The notes: a model not told the origin generated them from the letters alone. Positions 1 through 15,128 are shown, counted from the first letter of the stretch. The stretch is 64,000 nt of DNA from Escherichia coli (GCF_009931435.1 NZ_CP043414.1); one strand, 5' to 3'. A program made the numbers and translations.

Positions 1-359
1 GCGATCTGCGTTTCCTGCTGCAAGAAGTGCTGGAAAAACAGATGACCGCGCGTGGTTACATGGTTGGTCCGAATGGCCCGGTTAATCTGCAAATCATCGT
101 TAGCCAACTGTATGCTGACGTGTCCCAGGGCAACGTGCGCTATAACATCGCCACCAAAGCGGATATCGCTATCATCGCTACCGCGCAGAATGGCAACAAA
201 ATGACCAAAAACTATCGTGCCAGCTACAACGTTGAAGGTGCGTTCCAGGCCTCCAACAAAAATATCGCCGATGCGGTTAACAGTGTGCTGACCGATACCA
301 TCGCTGATATGTCTCAGGACACCAGCATCCACGAATTCATCAAGCAGAACGCGCGTTAA
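1..359 (+). CDS. yajG: Lipoprotein YajG, C-terminal part (5' end lies outside the window)
   Basis: Track ORF 27..359 stays open in frame back to position 1 (DLRFLLQEVLEKQMTARGYMVGPNG...); matches the recalled YajG C-terminus. Confidence 0.85.
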   Translation, partial: DLRFLLQEVLEKQMTARGYMVGPNGPVNLQIIVSQLYADVSQGNVRYNIATKADIAIIATAQNGNKMTKNYRASYNVEGAFQASNKNIADAVNSVLTDTIADMSQDTSIHEFIKQNAR

Positions 360-402
360 TTTCTGCCCTCTGGCCCGGTGCAAGCCGGGCCTGTAGACGC
401 CC

Positions 403-1878
403 ATGTCCAGTCAATATTTACGTATTTTTCAACAGCCACGTTCAGCCATATTGCTGATTCTGGGTTTTGCTTCCGGGCTACCGCTCGCCCTGACATCCGG
501 CACCTTACAGGCCTGGATGACGGTCGAGAATATCGATCTTAAAACCATTGGTTTCTTCTCTCTGGTAGGCCAGGCTTACGTTTTTAAATTCCTCTGGTCA
601 CCGCTGATGGATCGCTACACGCCCCCATTTTTCGGGCGGCGGCGCGGTTGGTTGCTCGCCACACAAATCCTGTTATTAGTCGCCATTGCGGCGATGGGTT
701 TTCTCGAACCAGGCACCCAGCTCCGCTGGATGGCGGCACTGGCGGTGGTGATCGCTTTTTGCTCTGCCTCCCAGGATATTGTCTTCGATGCGTGGAAAAC
801 CGATGTGCTCCCGGCAGAAGAGCGTGGTGCGGGCGCGGCAATCAGCGTGCTGGGTTACCGTTTAGGGATGCTGGTTTCCGGCGGCTTAGCCCTGTGGCTG
901 GCAGATAAATGGCTGGGCTGGCAGGGCATGTACTGGTTGATGGCGGCGCTGTTGATCCCCTGTATTATCGCGACGTTACTTGCACCAGAACCAACCGACA
1001 CCGTTCCTGTGCCCAAAACGCTGGAACAAGCGGTTGTTGCACCTCTGCGCGATTTCTTTGGTCGCAATAATGCCTGGCTTATTTTGCTTCTTATCGTGCT
1101 GTATAAGCTGGGCGACGCATTCGCCATGAGCCTGACAACCACGTTTTTGATTCGCGGCGTCGGGTTTGATGCAGGTGAAGTAGGCGTGGTTAACAAAACG
1201 CTTGGCTTACTGGCGACCATTGTTGGCGCATTGTACGGTGGGATTTTGATGCAGCGCCTGTCACTGTTCCGGGCGCTGCTGATTTTCGGTATTTTACAAG
1301 GTGCGTCTAACGCCGGTTACTGGCTGCTGTCGATTACTGATAAGCATCTCTACAGCATGGGCGCAGCCGTCTTTTTCGAAAACCTCTGTGGCGGGATGGG
1401 TACATCAGCCTTTGTCGCGCTGTTAATGACGCTGTGTAATAAGTCATTTTCCGCTACTCAATTTGCCCTGCTCTCAGCGCTTTCTGCTGTAGGGCGAGTT
1501 TATGTCGGCCCCGTGGCGGGTTGGTTTGTTGAAGCACACGGCTGGTCGACATTCTATCTGTTCTCCGTCGCCGCTGCCGTACCAGGGCTTTTTTTGCTGC
1601 TGGTTTGTCGCCAGACGCTTGAATATACACGAGTAAATGACAACTTTATCTCCCGTACCGAATATCCGGCAGGTTATGCCTTTGCCATGTGGACATTGGC
1701 GGCGGGCGTCAGCCTGTTGGCCGTGTGGTTACTGCTGTTGACGATGGACGCGCTGGATTTGACGCACTTCTCTTTCCTGCCTGCGCTGCTGGAAGTCGGG
1801 GTTTTAGTCGCCCTTTCTGGTGTCGTGCTTGGTGGTTTACTGGATTATCTGGCGCTACGAAAAACGCATCTGACGTAA
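403..1878 (+). CDS. ampG: Muropeptide permease AmpG (MFS)
   Basis: Track ORF, 491 aa, polytopic membrane protein; length and sequence match recalled AmpG. Confidence 0.93.
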   Translation: MSSQYLRIFQQPRSAILLILGFASGLPLALTSGTLQAWMTVENIDLKTIGFFSLVGQAYVFKFLWSPLMDRYTPPFFGRRRGWLLATQILLLVAIAAMGFLEPGTQLRWMAALAVVIAFCSASQDIVFDAWKTDVLPAEERGAGAAISVLGYRLGMLVSGGLALWLADKWLGWQGMYWLMAALLIPCIIATLLAPEPTDTVPVPKTLEQAVVAPLRDFFGRNNAWLILLLIVLYKLGDAFAMSLTTTFLIRGVGFDAGEVGVVNKTLGLLATIVGALYGGILMQRLSLFRALLIFGILQGASNAGYWLLSITDKHLYSMGAAVFFENLCGGMGTSAFVALLMTLCNKSFSATQFALLSALSAVGRVYVGPVAGWFVEAHGWSTFYLFSVAAAVPGLFLLLVCRQTLEYTRVNDNFISRTEYPAGYAFAMWTLAAGVSLLAVWLLLLTMDALDLTHFSFLPALLEVGVLVALSGVVLGGLLDYLALRKTHLT

Positions 1879-1887
1879 TCTGTAAAT

Positions 1888-1938
1888 ATTATTTAGCCGT
1901 AGTAATCACTCGCCGTAATTATTACGGCTAAATAAACA
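1888..1938 (+). terminator. Near-perfect 16-bp-arm palindrome right after the ampG stop; likely transcript-end hairpin
   Basis: atttagccgtagtaat ... attattacggctaaat inverted repeat read in the sequence; no clear T-run follows. Confidence 0.45.
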
Positions 1939-2337
1939 TCAGCATCGCTTATTAATATTTGTTCTTTTGTGCGGCTTAGCGTCTGGAAATTATTGACGCC
2001 ATTTATGAATTCTATTTTTCTTACACGATTCAGCTAATGAGTCTTTATTTTCTCACTACCCAGTTGTCACCTTAATGATAATTATTTGTTAAATAATTGT
2101 TTTATTTTGTATTGGTTATACCAATTGCCCGCCCAAACTCCTTCTGCACTCCCCTTTCGTTATAACGCCCTTTTGCAACAGCTTCTTAAAATCAACTTGA
2201 TATGTTTTGCAACATATGTGACCTAATAGCCAAATCCAAGTAACAGGAATTTAATCATGTTTACAGTAATGTAACCTTCCCGTAAAATGCCCACACACTT
2301 TAAACGCCACCAGATCCCGTGGAATTGAGGTCGTTAA

Positions 2338-3285
<948 letters not shown>

Positions 3286-3294
3286 AGGGGTTGA

Positions 3295-6231
<2,937 letters not shown>

Positions 6232-6242
6232 GAGCGGCGGTT

Positions 6243-7133
6243 ATGATGTTTAAGCAATACCTGCAAGTAACGAAACCAGGCATCATCTTTGGCAACCTGA
6301 TCTCGGTGATTGGGGGATTCCTGCTGGCCTCAAAGGGCAGCATTGATTATCCCCTGTTTATCTACACGCTGGTTGGGGTGTCACTGGTTGTGGCGTCGGG
6401 TTGTGTGTTTAACAACTACATCGACAGGGATATCGACAGAAAGATGGAAAGGACGAAGAATCGGGTGCTGGTTAAGGGCCTGATCTCTCCTGCTGTCTCG
6501 CTGGTGTACGCCACCTTGCTGGGTATTGCTGGCTTTATGCTGCTGTGGTTTGGCGCGAATCCGCTGGCCTGCTGGCTGGGGGTGATGGGCTTTGTGGTTT
6601 ATGTCGGCGTCTACAGCCTGTACATGAAACGCCACTCGGTCTACGGCACGTTGATTGGTTCGCTCTCTGGCGCTGCGCCGCCGGTGATCGGCTACTGTGC
6701 GGTAACCGGCGAGTTCGATAGCGGCGCAGCGATCCTGCTGGCTATCTTCAGCCTGTGGCAGATGCCTCACTCTTATGCCATCGCAATTTTCCGCTTTAAG
6801 GATTATCAGGCGGCAAACATTCCGGTACTGCCAGTGGTGAAAGGCATTTCGGTAGCGAAAAACCACATTACGCTGTATATCATCGCCTTTGCCGTTGCCA
6901 CGCTGATGCTCTCTCTTGGCGGTTACGCTGGGTATAAATATCTGGTGGTCGCCGCGGCGGTTAGCGTCTGGTGGTTAGGTATGGCGCTGCGTGGTTATAA
7001 AGTTGCTGATGATCGAATCTGGGCACGCAAGCTGTTCGGCTTCTCGATCATCGCCATCACTGCCCTCTCGGTAATGATGTCCGTTGATTTTATGGTGCCG
7101 GACTCGCATACGCTGCTGGCTGCTGTGTGGTAA
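6243..7133 (+). CDS. cyoE: Haem O synthase (protohaem IX farnesyltransferase)
   Basis: Start moved to [19 protein letters not shown], giving 296 aa; UbiA-family membrane protein. Confidence 0.92.
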
Positions 7134-7147
7134 CACAACCTCTCTAT

Positions 7148-7176
7148 AAAAAAGGTGCTACGGCACCTTTTTTATT
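7148..7176 (+). terminator. Rho-independent terminator of the cyo operon
   Basis: aaaaaaggtgc-tacg-gcacctttttt hairpin followed by a T-run, just after the cyoE stop. Confidence 0.75.
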
Positions 7177-7187
7177 GTCTGAGAACA

Positions 7188-7219
7188 GAGATACGGCTAA
7201 TAACCGTATCTCTTGACAG
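7188..7219 (+). promoter_or_regulatory. 10-bp perfect inverted repeat abutting a TTGACA -35-like hexamer; candidate promoter/operator of the toxin-antitoxin operon
   Basis: agagatacgg-N7-ccgtatctct immediately followed by ttgaca, then a 17-nt spacer and taaatt; about 100 nt upstream of the antitoxin ATG. Confidence 0.35.
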
Positions 7220-7317
7220 AGTGAGTATATGCACATAAATTAATCATTCGGTTGATAGCCGTATTATGCATGAGATCGACTCCCTACGATTTCATTCAGT
7301 TAATCAAAGAGGTCATA

Positions 7318-7629
7318 ATGCCTGGAAAAACAGTCGCTCTACCCGATATCGATAAAACGCTGAAAAATGCGCGGGTTGAACTCAAAACCAGTCCCGACGC
7401 CAAAAACAAACTTCGTGAAGCTGCGCAAGCCGTTGGGGTAGATTTAAGCGCTTTTATTTTGAGCGCAGCTATGGAACGCGCCGAAAGTGTGCTTGATAAC
7501 CAACGTCGCCGTGAGCTTTCGAATCAAAGCTGGGAACTGATGAACCAACTCATCGCTGAACCTGCTCAACCGACGCTCGCCCTCAAGGCGTTAATGAAAA
7601 GGAAAAACAGCGATGGTCGACAAGCATGA
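7318..7629 (+). CDS. Type II antitoxin, ribbon-helix-helix DUF1778 family (TacA/AtaR-like)
   Basis: 103 aa from the ATG with RBS aaagagg; N-terminal pattern KNARVELKTSPDAKNKLREAAQAVGVDLSAFILSAAMERAESVL is typical of DUF1778 antitoxins; its stop overlaps the start of the GNAT gene. Confidence 0.75.
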   Translation: MPGKTVALPDIDKTLKNARVELKTSPDAKNKLREAAQAVGVDLSAFILSAAMERAESVLDNQRRRELSNQSWELMNQLIAEPAQPTLALKALMKRKNSDGRQA

Positions 7630-8155
7630 AGAGATTACTCTGCCCATAGTCCTCTCCTGTAATTATCAGTCTGATATTACTTATCCTGGGCAAAAACAGT
7701 TTGATTGCGGTAACCCTGTTATCGATAAATTTGTACGCGCATCGCTAAAGAAAAGTGTGCGTAATAGCGACTGTGCTGCTAAAGCACTTATTGACAGACA
7801 AAGTGGTGAACTGATTGGCATCTGTACTTTTACGGCATATTCGCTGGAAAAACAACGCGTTTCTGGCGTCCTTCAGGGTTCACAACCTTCAGAGATTGGT
7901 GTTGTCAGATTAGTCATGTTAGGGGTAGCGCGGAAATATCAAAAGCGGGGCTTTGGTCAGGACCTACTATGTGATTTTTTTGAACATGTAAAAATAATTC
8001 ACCGGGCATTACCAATTAAAGGGGTTTATCTTGATGCTGACCCTGCCGCCATTAACTTTTATACTCGTCTCGGCTTTGTTCAGCTTTCAGCGAGGCCCAA
8101 TGTTTTCGGTGCTGTACCGATGTTTTTAGCGATTCAGCATATTCTCGCGGCTTAG
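7613..8155 (+). CDS. GNAT-family acetyltransferase toxin (TacT/AtaT/ItaT-like, predicted aminoacyl-tRNA acetyltransferase)
   Basis: 180 aa; FDCG motif near the N-terminus and the acetyl-CoA motif RKYQKRGFGQDLL; 17-nt overlap with the upstream antitoxin. Confidence 0.75.
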   Translation: MVDKHEEITLPIVLSCNYQSDITYPGQKQFDCGNPVIDKFVRASLKKSVRNSDCAAKALIDRQSGELIGICTFTAYSLEKQRVSGVLQGSQPSEIGVVRLVMLGVARKYQKRGFGQDLLCDFFEHVKIIHRALPIKGVYLDADPAAINFYTRLGFVQLSARPNVFGAVPMFLAIQHILAA

Positions 8156-8210
8156 ATTATTATCGCCTCCGGCCATGGCAAGTTTTGCCTCAGCCGGGGA
8201 CTGAGCAGCG

Positions 8211-9146
8211 TTACCACTTTTGTTCAATTGCCCCCGCTTTCATCAGGTCCACATCCTTGCCTTTAATGGTTGCCGTTGCGGCAACCATTGTGGTCCTTAT
8301 TGCTGCACAAGATTTTCGTTCAAATTCCGGTTTATAAAGAATAAGCAACGAATTACTGGTAAATGAATCAAGCCGGTAATCTGTAAAGTTAATATCCAGT
8401 CGGTTTAAGCCGAAAGGTGCAAAGCCGACCGTTTGAATAGTTTCCTTACCTGACGGACTCTTGATGTTGTACGTAACACGAAGATTGGCCACTTCGCCTA
8501 ATTTATTGGTTTTGGCAAAGAGGCTATCCATGCAGGAAAAACCTTTATCTAAAAAATTATCCCGCATTCCAGAACGGGTAATCGTGATCACAGGTAACGT
8601 ATCGTCAACCGTTTTTCTGTCAATCATATCTTTTCGACAGGTGGCCATAAAGTCTTCCGGACCAGTATAAATGTGAACACCCTTATCAAGATATTCTTTC
8701 GCTTTACTACAATCCACCTCGACATACTGACCATTGGCGTACATCATGCCCAACCTGGACCATGCTAAATTCACACCGCGTTGCGTAGCCTGATTAAATA
8801 ACGCATACGCTTTGGCATAATCCACCCGCACCTGTTCACCTTCGTAGTAGATATCCCCCAGCGCTAACGGAGCTTCTTCATCACCTTGTTTAGCGGCTAA
8901 CTCGAACCATTTAATGGCTTCCTGAACGTTGGGTTTGGTATCGTAGCGGGGCTGATAATATTCCCAGCCTAACAGGCTTTGCGCGTCGACATCCCCCGAC
9001 TCAGCCATTTTATACAGTGTCCTTATCACATCGGGGGCAGGCTTTTCACTGTATATGCTGTCATACAATTCATGCGCTTTCTCGCTTGCCAGTGAACCTT
9101 GTGAGGCAATTAATAAAATAGCCAATAAACTCTTTTCATTTAACAT
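8211..9146 (-). CDS. Secreted Sel1-like repeat (TPR-like) protein with a C-terminal domain of unknown function
   Basis: 311 aa; N-terminal signal peptide (LLAILLIASQGSLAS); tandem Sel1-type repeats (AIKWFELAAKQGDEEA..LGDIYYEG...AYALFNQATQRG...LGMMYANG); roughly 170-aa C-terminal region without recognisable motifs. Confidence 0.7.
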   Translation of the reverse strand: MLNEKSLLAILLIASQGSLASEKAHELYDSIYSEKPAPDVIRTLYKMAESGDVDAQSLLGWEYYQPRYDTKPNVQEAIKWFELAAKQGDEEAPLALGDIYYEGEQVRVDYAKAYALFNQATQRGVNLAWSRLGMMYANGQYVEVDCSKAKEYLDKGVHIYTGPEDFMATCRKDMIDRKTVDDTLPVITITRSGMRDNFLDKGFSCMDSLFAKTNKLGEVANLRVTYNIKSPSGKETIQTVGFAPFGLNRLDINFTDYRLDSFTSNSLLILYKPEFERKSCAAIRTTMVAATATIKGKDVDLMKAGAIEQKW

Positions 9147-9562
9147 AAATAACCTTTATGCATCCATCACTATATTTTTCAATAAACCTAACCACCAAAC
9201 ATCCACTTCATGAATAAATACACAGCCATAACAACCTCAGGTAATAAGTAAACATTTAAGCTGAAGCAGAATAACCAGCACCTCCAACACCTCTATTTAT
9301 TGCGATAAAATAACACCATCCTTTAATAAAAAATCACACGCTCATCAACAAATCCGAAAATAATATCATTCGTGGCAGGATAAAATCAGGCGAGCTTTTC
9401 ATTTGTTATATTTAACGCACAAAGTATTAATGGCAAGAATACGAGGGAAGCGCATGCCTGACGTAAAAATCACGCTCTTATGTAATATTTACTCATTAAC
9501 ACTCTGTTTACCCAACATGCGCTCCGCACTACACTATGTGGGCAATTTTTTAAGAGGTGGTA

Positions 9563-10927
9563 ATGAACGATTATAAAATGACGCCAGGTGAGCGGCGCGC
9601 GACCTGGGGTTTAGGGACCGTATTTTCATTGCGCATGCTGGGCATGTTTATGGTACTGCCGGTTCTAACTACGTACGGTATGGCACTGCAAGGTGCCAGT
9701 GAAGCATTAATCGGTATTGCCATTGGTATTTATGGCCTGACTCAGGCCGTTTTTCAGATTCCGTTTGGCCTGCTCTCAGACCGTATTGGTCGCAAACCAT
9801 TAATTGTCGGCGGGCTGGCGGTGTTTGCTGCCGGTAGTGTTATCGCTGCGCTTTCCGACTCAATCTGGGGAATTATTCTGGGCCGGGCGTTACAAGGTTC
9901 TGGAGCGATTGCCGCTGCCGTTATGGCGCTACTTTCTGATCTCACGCGCGAACAAAACCGCACCAAAGCGATGGCGTTTATCGGCGTGAGTTTTGGCATT
10001 ACCTTCGCCATTGCGATGGTACTTGGCCCTATCATCACTCACAAACTTGGACTGCACGCGCTGTTCTGGATGATCGCTATTCTGGCAACGACCGGTATTG
10101 CGTTGACCATTTGGGTTGTGCCCAACAGCAGCACGCACGTACTTAATCGTGAGTCCGGAATGGTGAAAGGCAGTTTCAGCAAAGTGCTGGCAGAACCGCG
10201 ACTGCTGAAACTCAACTTCGGCATTATGTGTCTGCACATGCTGCTGATGTCGACGTTTGTTGCCCTGCCCGGACAGTTGGCTGATGCGGGGTTCCCGGCG
10301 GCTGAGCACTGGAAGGTCTATCTGGCGACGATGTTAATCGCCTTTGGCTCGGTTGTGCCTTTCATTATCTACGCGGAAGTTAAGCGCAAAATGAAGCAAG
10401 TCTTTGTCTTCTGCGTCGGGCTGATCGTGGTTGCGGAAATTGTGTTGTGGAACGCACAAACGCAGTTCTGGCAACTGGTGGTCGGCGTGCAGCTTTTCTT
10501 TGTGGCGTTTAATTTGATGGAAGCCCTCCTCCCCTCGCTTATCAGTAAAGAGTCGCCAGCCGGTTACAAAGGTACGGCGATGGGCGTTTACTCCACCAGC
10601 CAGTTTCTTGGCGTGGCCATTGGCGGTTCGCTGGGTGGCTGGATTGACGGCATGTTTGACGGTCAGGGCGTATTTCTCGCTGGCGCAATGCTGGCCGCTG
10701 TGTGGCTGGCTGTCGCCAGTACCATGAAAGAACCGCCGTATGTAAGCAGTTTGCGCATTGAAATCCCATCGGACATTGCCGCAAACGAGGCGTTAAAAGT
10801 GCGTTTGCTGGAAACTGCGGGTGTCAAAGAAGTGTTGATTGCAGAAGAAGAACATTCGGCTTACGTGAAAATCGACAGCAAAGTGACGAATCGCTTTGAA
10901 GTTGAACAGGCAATTCGTCAGGCATAA
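9563..10927 (+). CDS. yajR: MFS transporter YajR
   Basis: Start set at MNDYKMTPGE with RBS aagagg; about 454 aa; matches recalled YajR. Confidence 0.92.
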   Translation: MNDYKMTPGERRATWGLGTVFSLRMLGMFMVLPVLTTYGMALQGASEALIGIAIGIYGLTQAVFQIPFGLLSDRIGRKPLIVGGLAVFAAGSVIAALSDSIWGIILGRALQGSGAIAAAVMALLSDLTREQNRTKAMAFIGVSFGITFAIAMVLGPIITHKLGLHALFWMIAILATTGIALTIWVVPNSSTHVLNRESGMVKGSFSKVLAEPRLLKLNFGIMCLHMLLMSTFVALPGQLADAGFPAAEHWKVYLATMLIAFGSVVPFIIYAEVKRKMKQVFVFCVGLIVVAEIVLWNAQTQFWQLVVGVQLFFVAFNLMEALLPSLISKESPAGYKGTAMGVYSTSQFLGVAIGGSLGGWIDGMFDGQGVFLAGAMLAAVWLAVASTMKEPPYVSSLRIEIPSDIAANEALKVRLLETAGVKEVLIAEEEHSAYVKIDSKVTNRFEVEQAIRQA

Positions 10928-10943
10928 AAAACGAGGCGAATTG

Positions 10944-11029
10944 CCTGTTGCGCTACGCTTTTCAGGCCTACAAAGTTCCTGAGTGACAAATCTTTGTAGG
11001 CCAAATCAGGCGTTCATGCCGCATCTGAC
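10944..11029. repeat. REP-like palindromic units between the convergent yajR and yajQ
   Basis: gcctac...gtaggc inverted units and gatgcggcatgaacgcctga (on the minus strand) resemble the REP consensus. Confidence 0.55.
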
Positions 11030-11054
11030 ATGAACAAAGCGCAGGTTGTCGCGA

Positions 11055-11546
11055 TTAATCGCGGAAGTTTTTGAACTGGAACGGCTGACCCAGATCGCCA
11101 CCACGTACCATCGCCATGACAGCCTGCAAATCATCACGAGATTTGCCCGTCACACGGATCTCATCGCCCTGAATTTGCGCCTGCACTTTCAGTTTGCTGT
11201 CTTTGATCATCTTGACGATTTTCTTCTGGGTCGCGCTTTCAATGCCCTGTTTCAGTTTCGCTTCCACAAACCAGGTTTTACCGCTATGAACGATATTTTC
11301 CGGTACATCCAGCGAACTGCCTTCAATGCCGCGCTTCAGTAGCTTGGCACGCAGAATATCCAGCAACTGATTGACCTGGAAGTCGGACTCGCTCAACACT
11401 TTGATGGTTTTGCTGGCGTCGTTCAGCTCAAATGAGGCTTCAACGTTACGGAAGTCAAAACGGGACTCCACTTCGCGGCTCGCGTTATCGACCGCGTTTC
11501 GTGCTTCCTGAAGATCAACTTCAGAGACAATATCGAAAGATGGCAT
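11055..11546 (-). CDS. yajQ: Nucleotide-binding protein YajQ (UPF0234)
   Basis: Start moved to [11 protein letters not shown], giving 163 aa; matches recalled YajQ. Confidence 0.92.
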
Positions 11547-11713
11547 CTTTTCCTCTCCCTTCATTTTTGATGCGAAGCATAATACCTGCAAAGTTAAATA
11601 ACCGACAGTCCTGCACCAGGACGTATCCCTTAATTGTGCATAGTCGCAACAGCATGCACAATTAAGGGATAGCCTTATTGAACACCCGGAGTGGTTGCGG
11701 GTGAGGAGGAACA

Positions 11714-13178
<1,465 letters not shown>

Positions 13179-13179
13179 T

Positions 13180-13222
13180 GTCAGATGCGGCAAACGTCGC
13201 ATCTGACCAGATGCGACGTCAC
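13180..13222. terminator. Hairpin between the convergent yajL and thiI; possible bidirectional terminator
   Basis: tcagatgcg-gcaaacgtc-gcatctga stem-loop; no strong T-run. Confidence 0.4.
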
Positions 13223-13231
13223 AACCACAAA

Positions 13232-14680
13232 TTACGGACGATACACCTTCACATTGTTAAAGCCCTGCTCGCGCAGATAGAGCGCCTGCAGGCGGCTCAT
13301 CACCCCGCGCTCACACCACAACAGCCAGGTTTTGTTCTGGTCGAGATCGCCAAATTTGGTGCTCAGTTTATAGAACGGCAGAGAAACCACGTCGATACCT
13401 TCAACTCTCAGCGGCTTATCTTCTTGTTCATCAACAGAACGGATATCGAGGATCACGTCGTTCGGGCCGAAGCCGTTGACGGTTTCCACTTCCACCACTT
13501 CCTGCTCGGTCTGCTGAGCGATTTCGCGGATATCAACGTTATTCGCTTCCTCAACCACTTTATCGAGAATGCTGAAGTCGAACTTCTCTTCTTCCGCTTC
13601 AATCTTCGATTTAACCGCTTTCACCGTCGGGCTTTTGGAGATAACACCGCAGTATTCCGGCATGGTGCGGGCAAAATCTTCGGTGCCAATCTGGCGAGCC
13701 AGGTTGATGATGTGCTCTTTGTCGTAAGAGATCAGCGGACGCAGGATCAGCGTATCGGAGACGTTATCAATCAGGCGCAGGTTGGTTAGCGTCTGGCTGG
13801 ACACCTGTCCCAGCGCTTCGCCGGTGACGAGCGCCTGTACGCCGTAACGTTCAGCCACTTTAGACGCGGCACGCACCATCATACGTTTGAGAATTACGCC
13901 CATCTGACCGTCGTCGATTTTCTCGAGAATTTCACCGACGACCGGCTCAAAGTTAATGGCGACAAAACGCACGCGGTGGGAGCTACCAAAACGGTTCCAC
14001 AGATAATGCGCCACCTGACGAACACCAATTTCATGCGCCGCGCCGCCGAGATTAAAGAAGCAGTAATGCACGCGGCAGCCGCGACGCATCAACATATAAC
14101 TGGAAACACCGGAGTCGAAACCACCGGAAATAAGCGACAGCACATCTTCCTGGGTGCCGATTGGGAATCCGCCAATACCTTCGTAACGACCTTTAATCAG
14201 CAGGAGACGATCGTCTTCAACTTCCAGATGGACAGTCACATCCGGATTGGTCAGCTTCACGCGCGCGGATTCAATATGCTGATTTAAACCGCCGCCGACG
14301 TAACGTTCCACATCAATCGAGCTAAACTCATGTTTACCACGGCGCTTCACGCGTACGCAGAAGGTTTTACCTTCCAGCTGATCGCGATACTGAACCAACG
14401 CTTTCTCAAAAATATCGTGCATGTCGGTAAACGGCACGTCTTCGACTTCGAGAATATGGTGGATACCCGGAATACGGGTCAGGGCGTCGCGAATAGCCAG
14501 ACGCTGGCTTTCATCTTTTGCGCGAACTTCGATGTTATCCCAGTGGCGGACGACAGCGAGTGTCTCATCATAGTGCTTTAAAACGTTACGAATGTTCCCG
14601 GTAAGGATTTTTATAAAGCGCAAGCGCACAGATTGGCTTTTGATGGTGATTTCCGGGAACAATTTAATGATAAACTTCAT
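13232..14680 (-). CDS. thiI: tRNA 4-thiouridine synthase / thiazole sulfur carrier
   Basis: Track ORF, 482 aa; PP-loop SGGFDS and C-terminal rhodanese-like region. Confidence 0.95.
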   Translation of the reverse strand: MKFIIKLFPEITIKSQSVRLRFIKILTGNIRNVLKHYDETLAVVRHWDNIEVRAKDESQRLAIRDALTRIPGIHHILEVEDVPFTDMHDIFEKALVQYRDQLEGKTFCVRVKRRGKHEFSSIDVERYVGGGLNQHIESARVKLTNPDVTVHLEVEDDRLLLIKGRYEGIGGFPIGTQEDVLSLISGGFDSGVSSYMLMRRGCRVHYCFFNLGGAAHEIGVRQVAHYLWNRFGSSHRVRFVAINFEPVVGEILEKIDDGQMGVILKRMMVRAASKVAERYGVQALVTGEALGQVSSQTLTNLRLIDNVSDTLILRPLISYDKEHIINLARQIGTEDFARTMPEYCGVISKSPTVKAVKSKIEAEEEKFDFSILDKVVEEANNVDIREIAQQTEQEVVEVETVNGFGPNDVILDIRSVDEQEDKPLRVEGIDVVSLPFYKLSTKFGDLDQNKTWLLWCERGVMSRLQALYLREQGFNNVKVYRP

Positions 14681-14885
14681 GGCGGCAATGGTTCGTTGGC
14701 AAGTCTTAAGCGACTTGTATAGGGAAAAATACAGCAGCCCACACCTGCGGCTGCATCCAGGCGCGGAAGTATACCACTAACATCGCTTTGCTGCGCACAT
14801 CACCTTACCATTGCGCGTTATTTGCTATTTGCCCTGAGTCCGTTACCATGACGGGGCGAAAAATATTGAGAGTCAGACATTCATT

Positions 14886-15128
14886 ATGCCGAAGAAAAAT
14901 GAGGCGCCCGCCAGCTTTGAAAAGGCGCTGAGCGAGCTGGAACAGATTGTAACCCGTCTGGAAAGTGGCGACCTGCCGCTGGAAGAGGCGCTGAACGAGT
15001 TCGAACGTGGCGTGCAGCTGGCACGTCAGGGGCAGGCCAAATTACAACAAGCCGAACAGCGCGTACAAATTCTGCTGTCTGACAATGAAGACGCCTCTTT
15101 AACTCCTTTTACACCGGACAATGAGTAA
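14886..15128 (+). CDS. xseB: Exodeoxyribonuclease VII small subunit
   Basis: Track ORF, 80 aa; matches recalled XseB. Confidence 0.93.

Larger units (their letters stand above)
7177..9556. other. AT-rich accessory insertion between cyoE and yajR (toxin-antitoxin pair plus Sel1-repeat gene)
   Basis: Three non-core ORFs; hand-counted 60-nt samples give roughly 42% G+C; K-12 has cyoE and yajR adjacent (recollection). Confidence 0.7.

Noticed and set aside
7252-7317. Longer 125-aa version of the antitoxin starting at the first in-frame ATG
   Set aside because: The internal ATG at 7318 has a good RBS (aaagagg) and gives the usual DUF1778 length; the upstream extension overlaps the putative promoter/operator.
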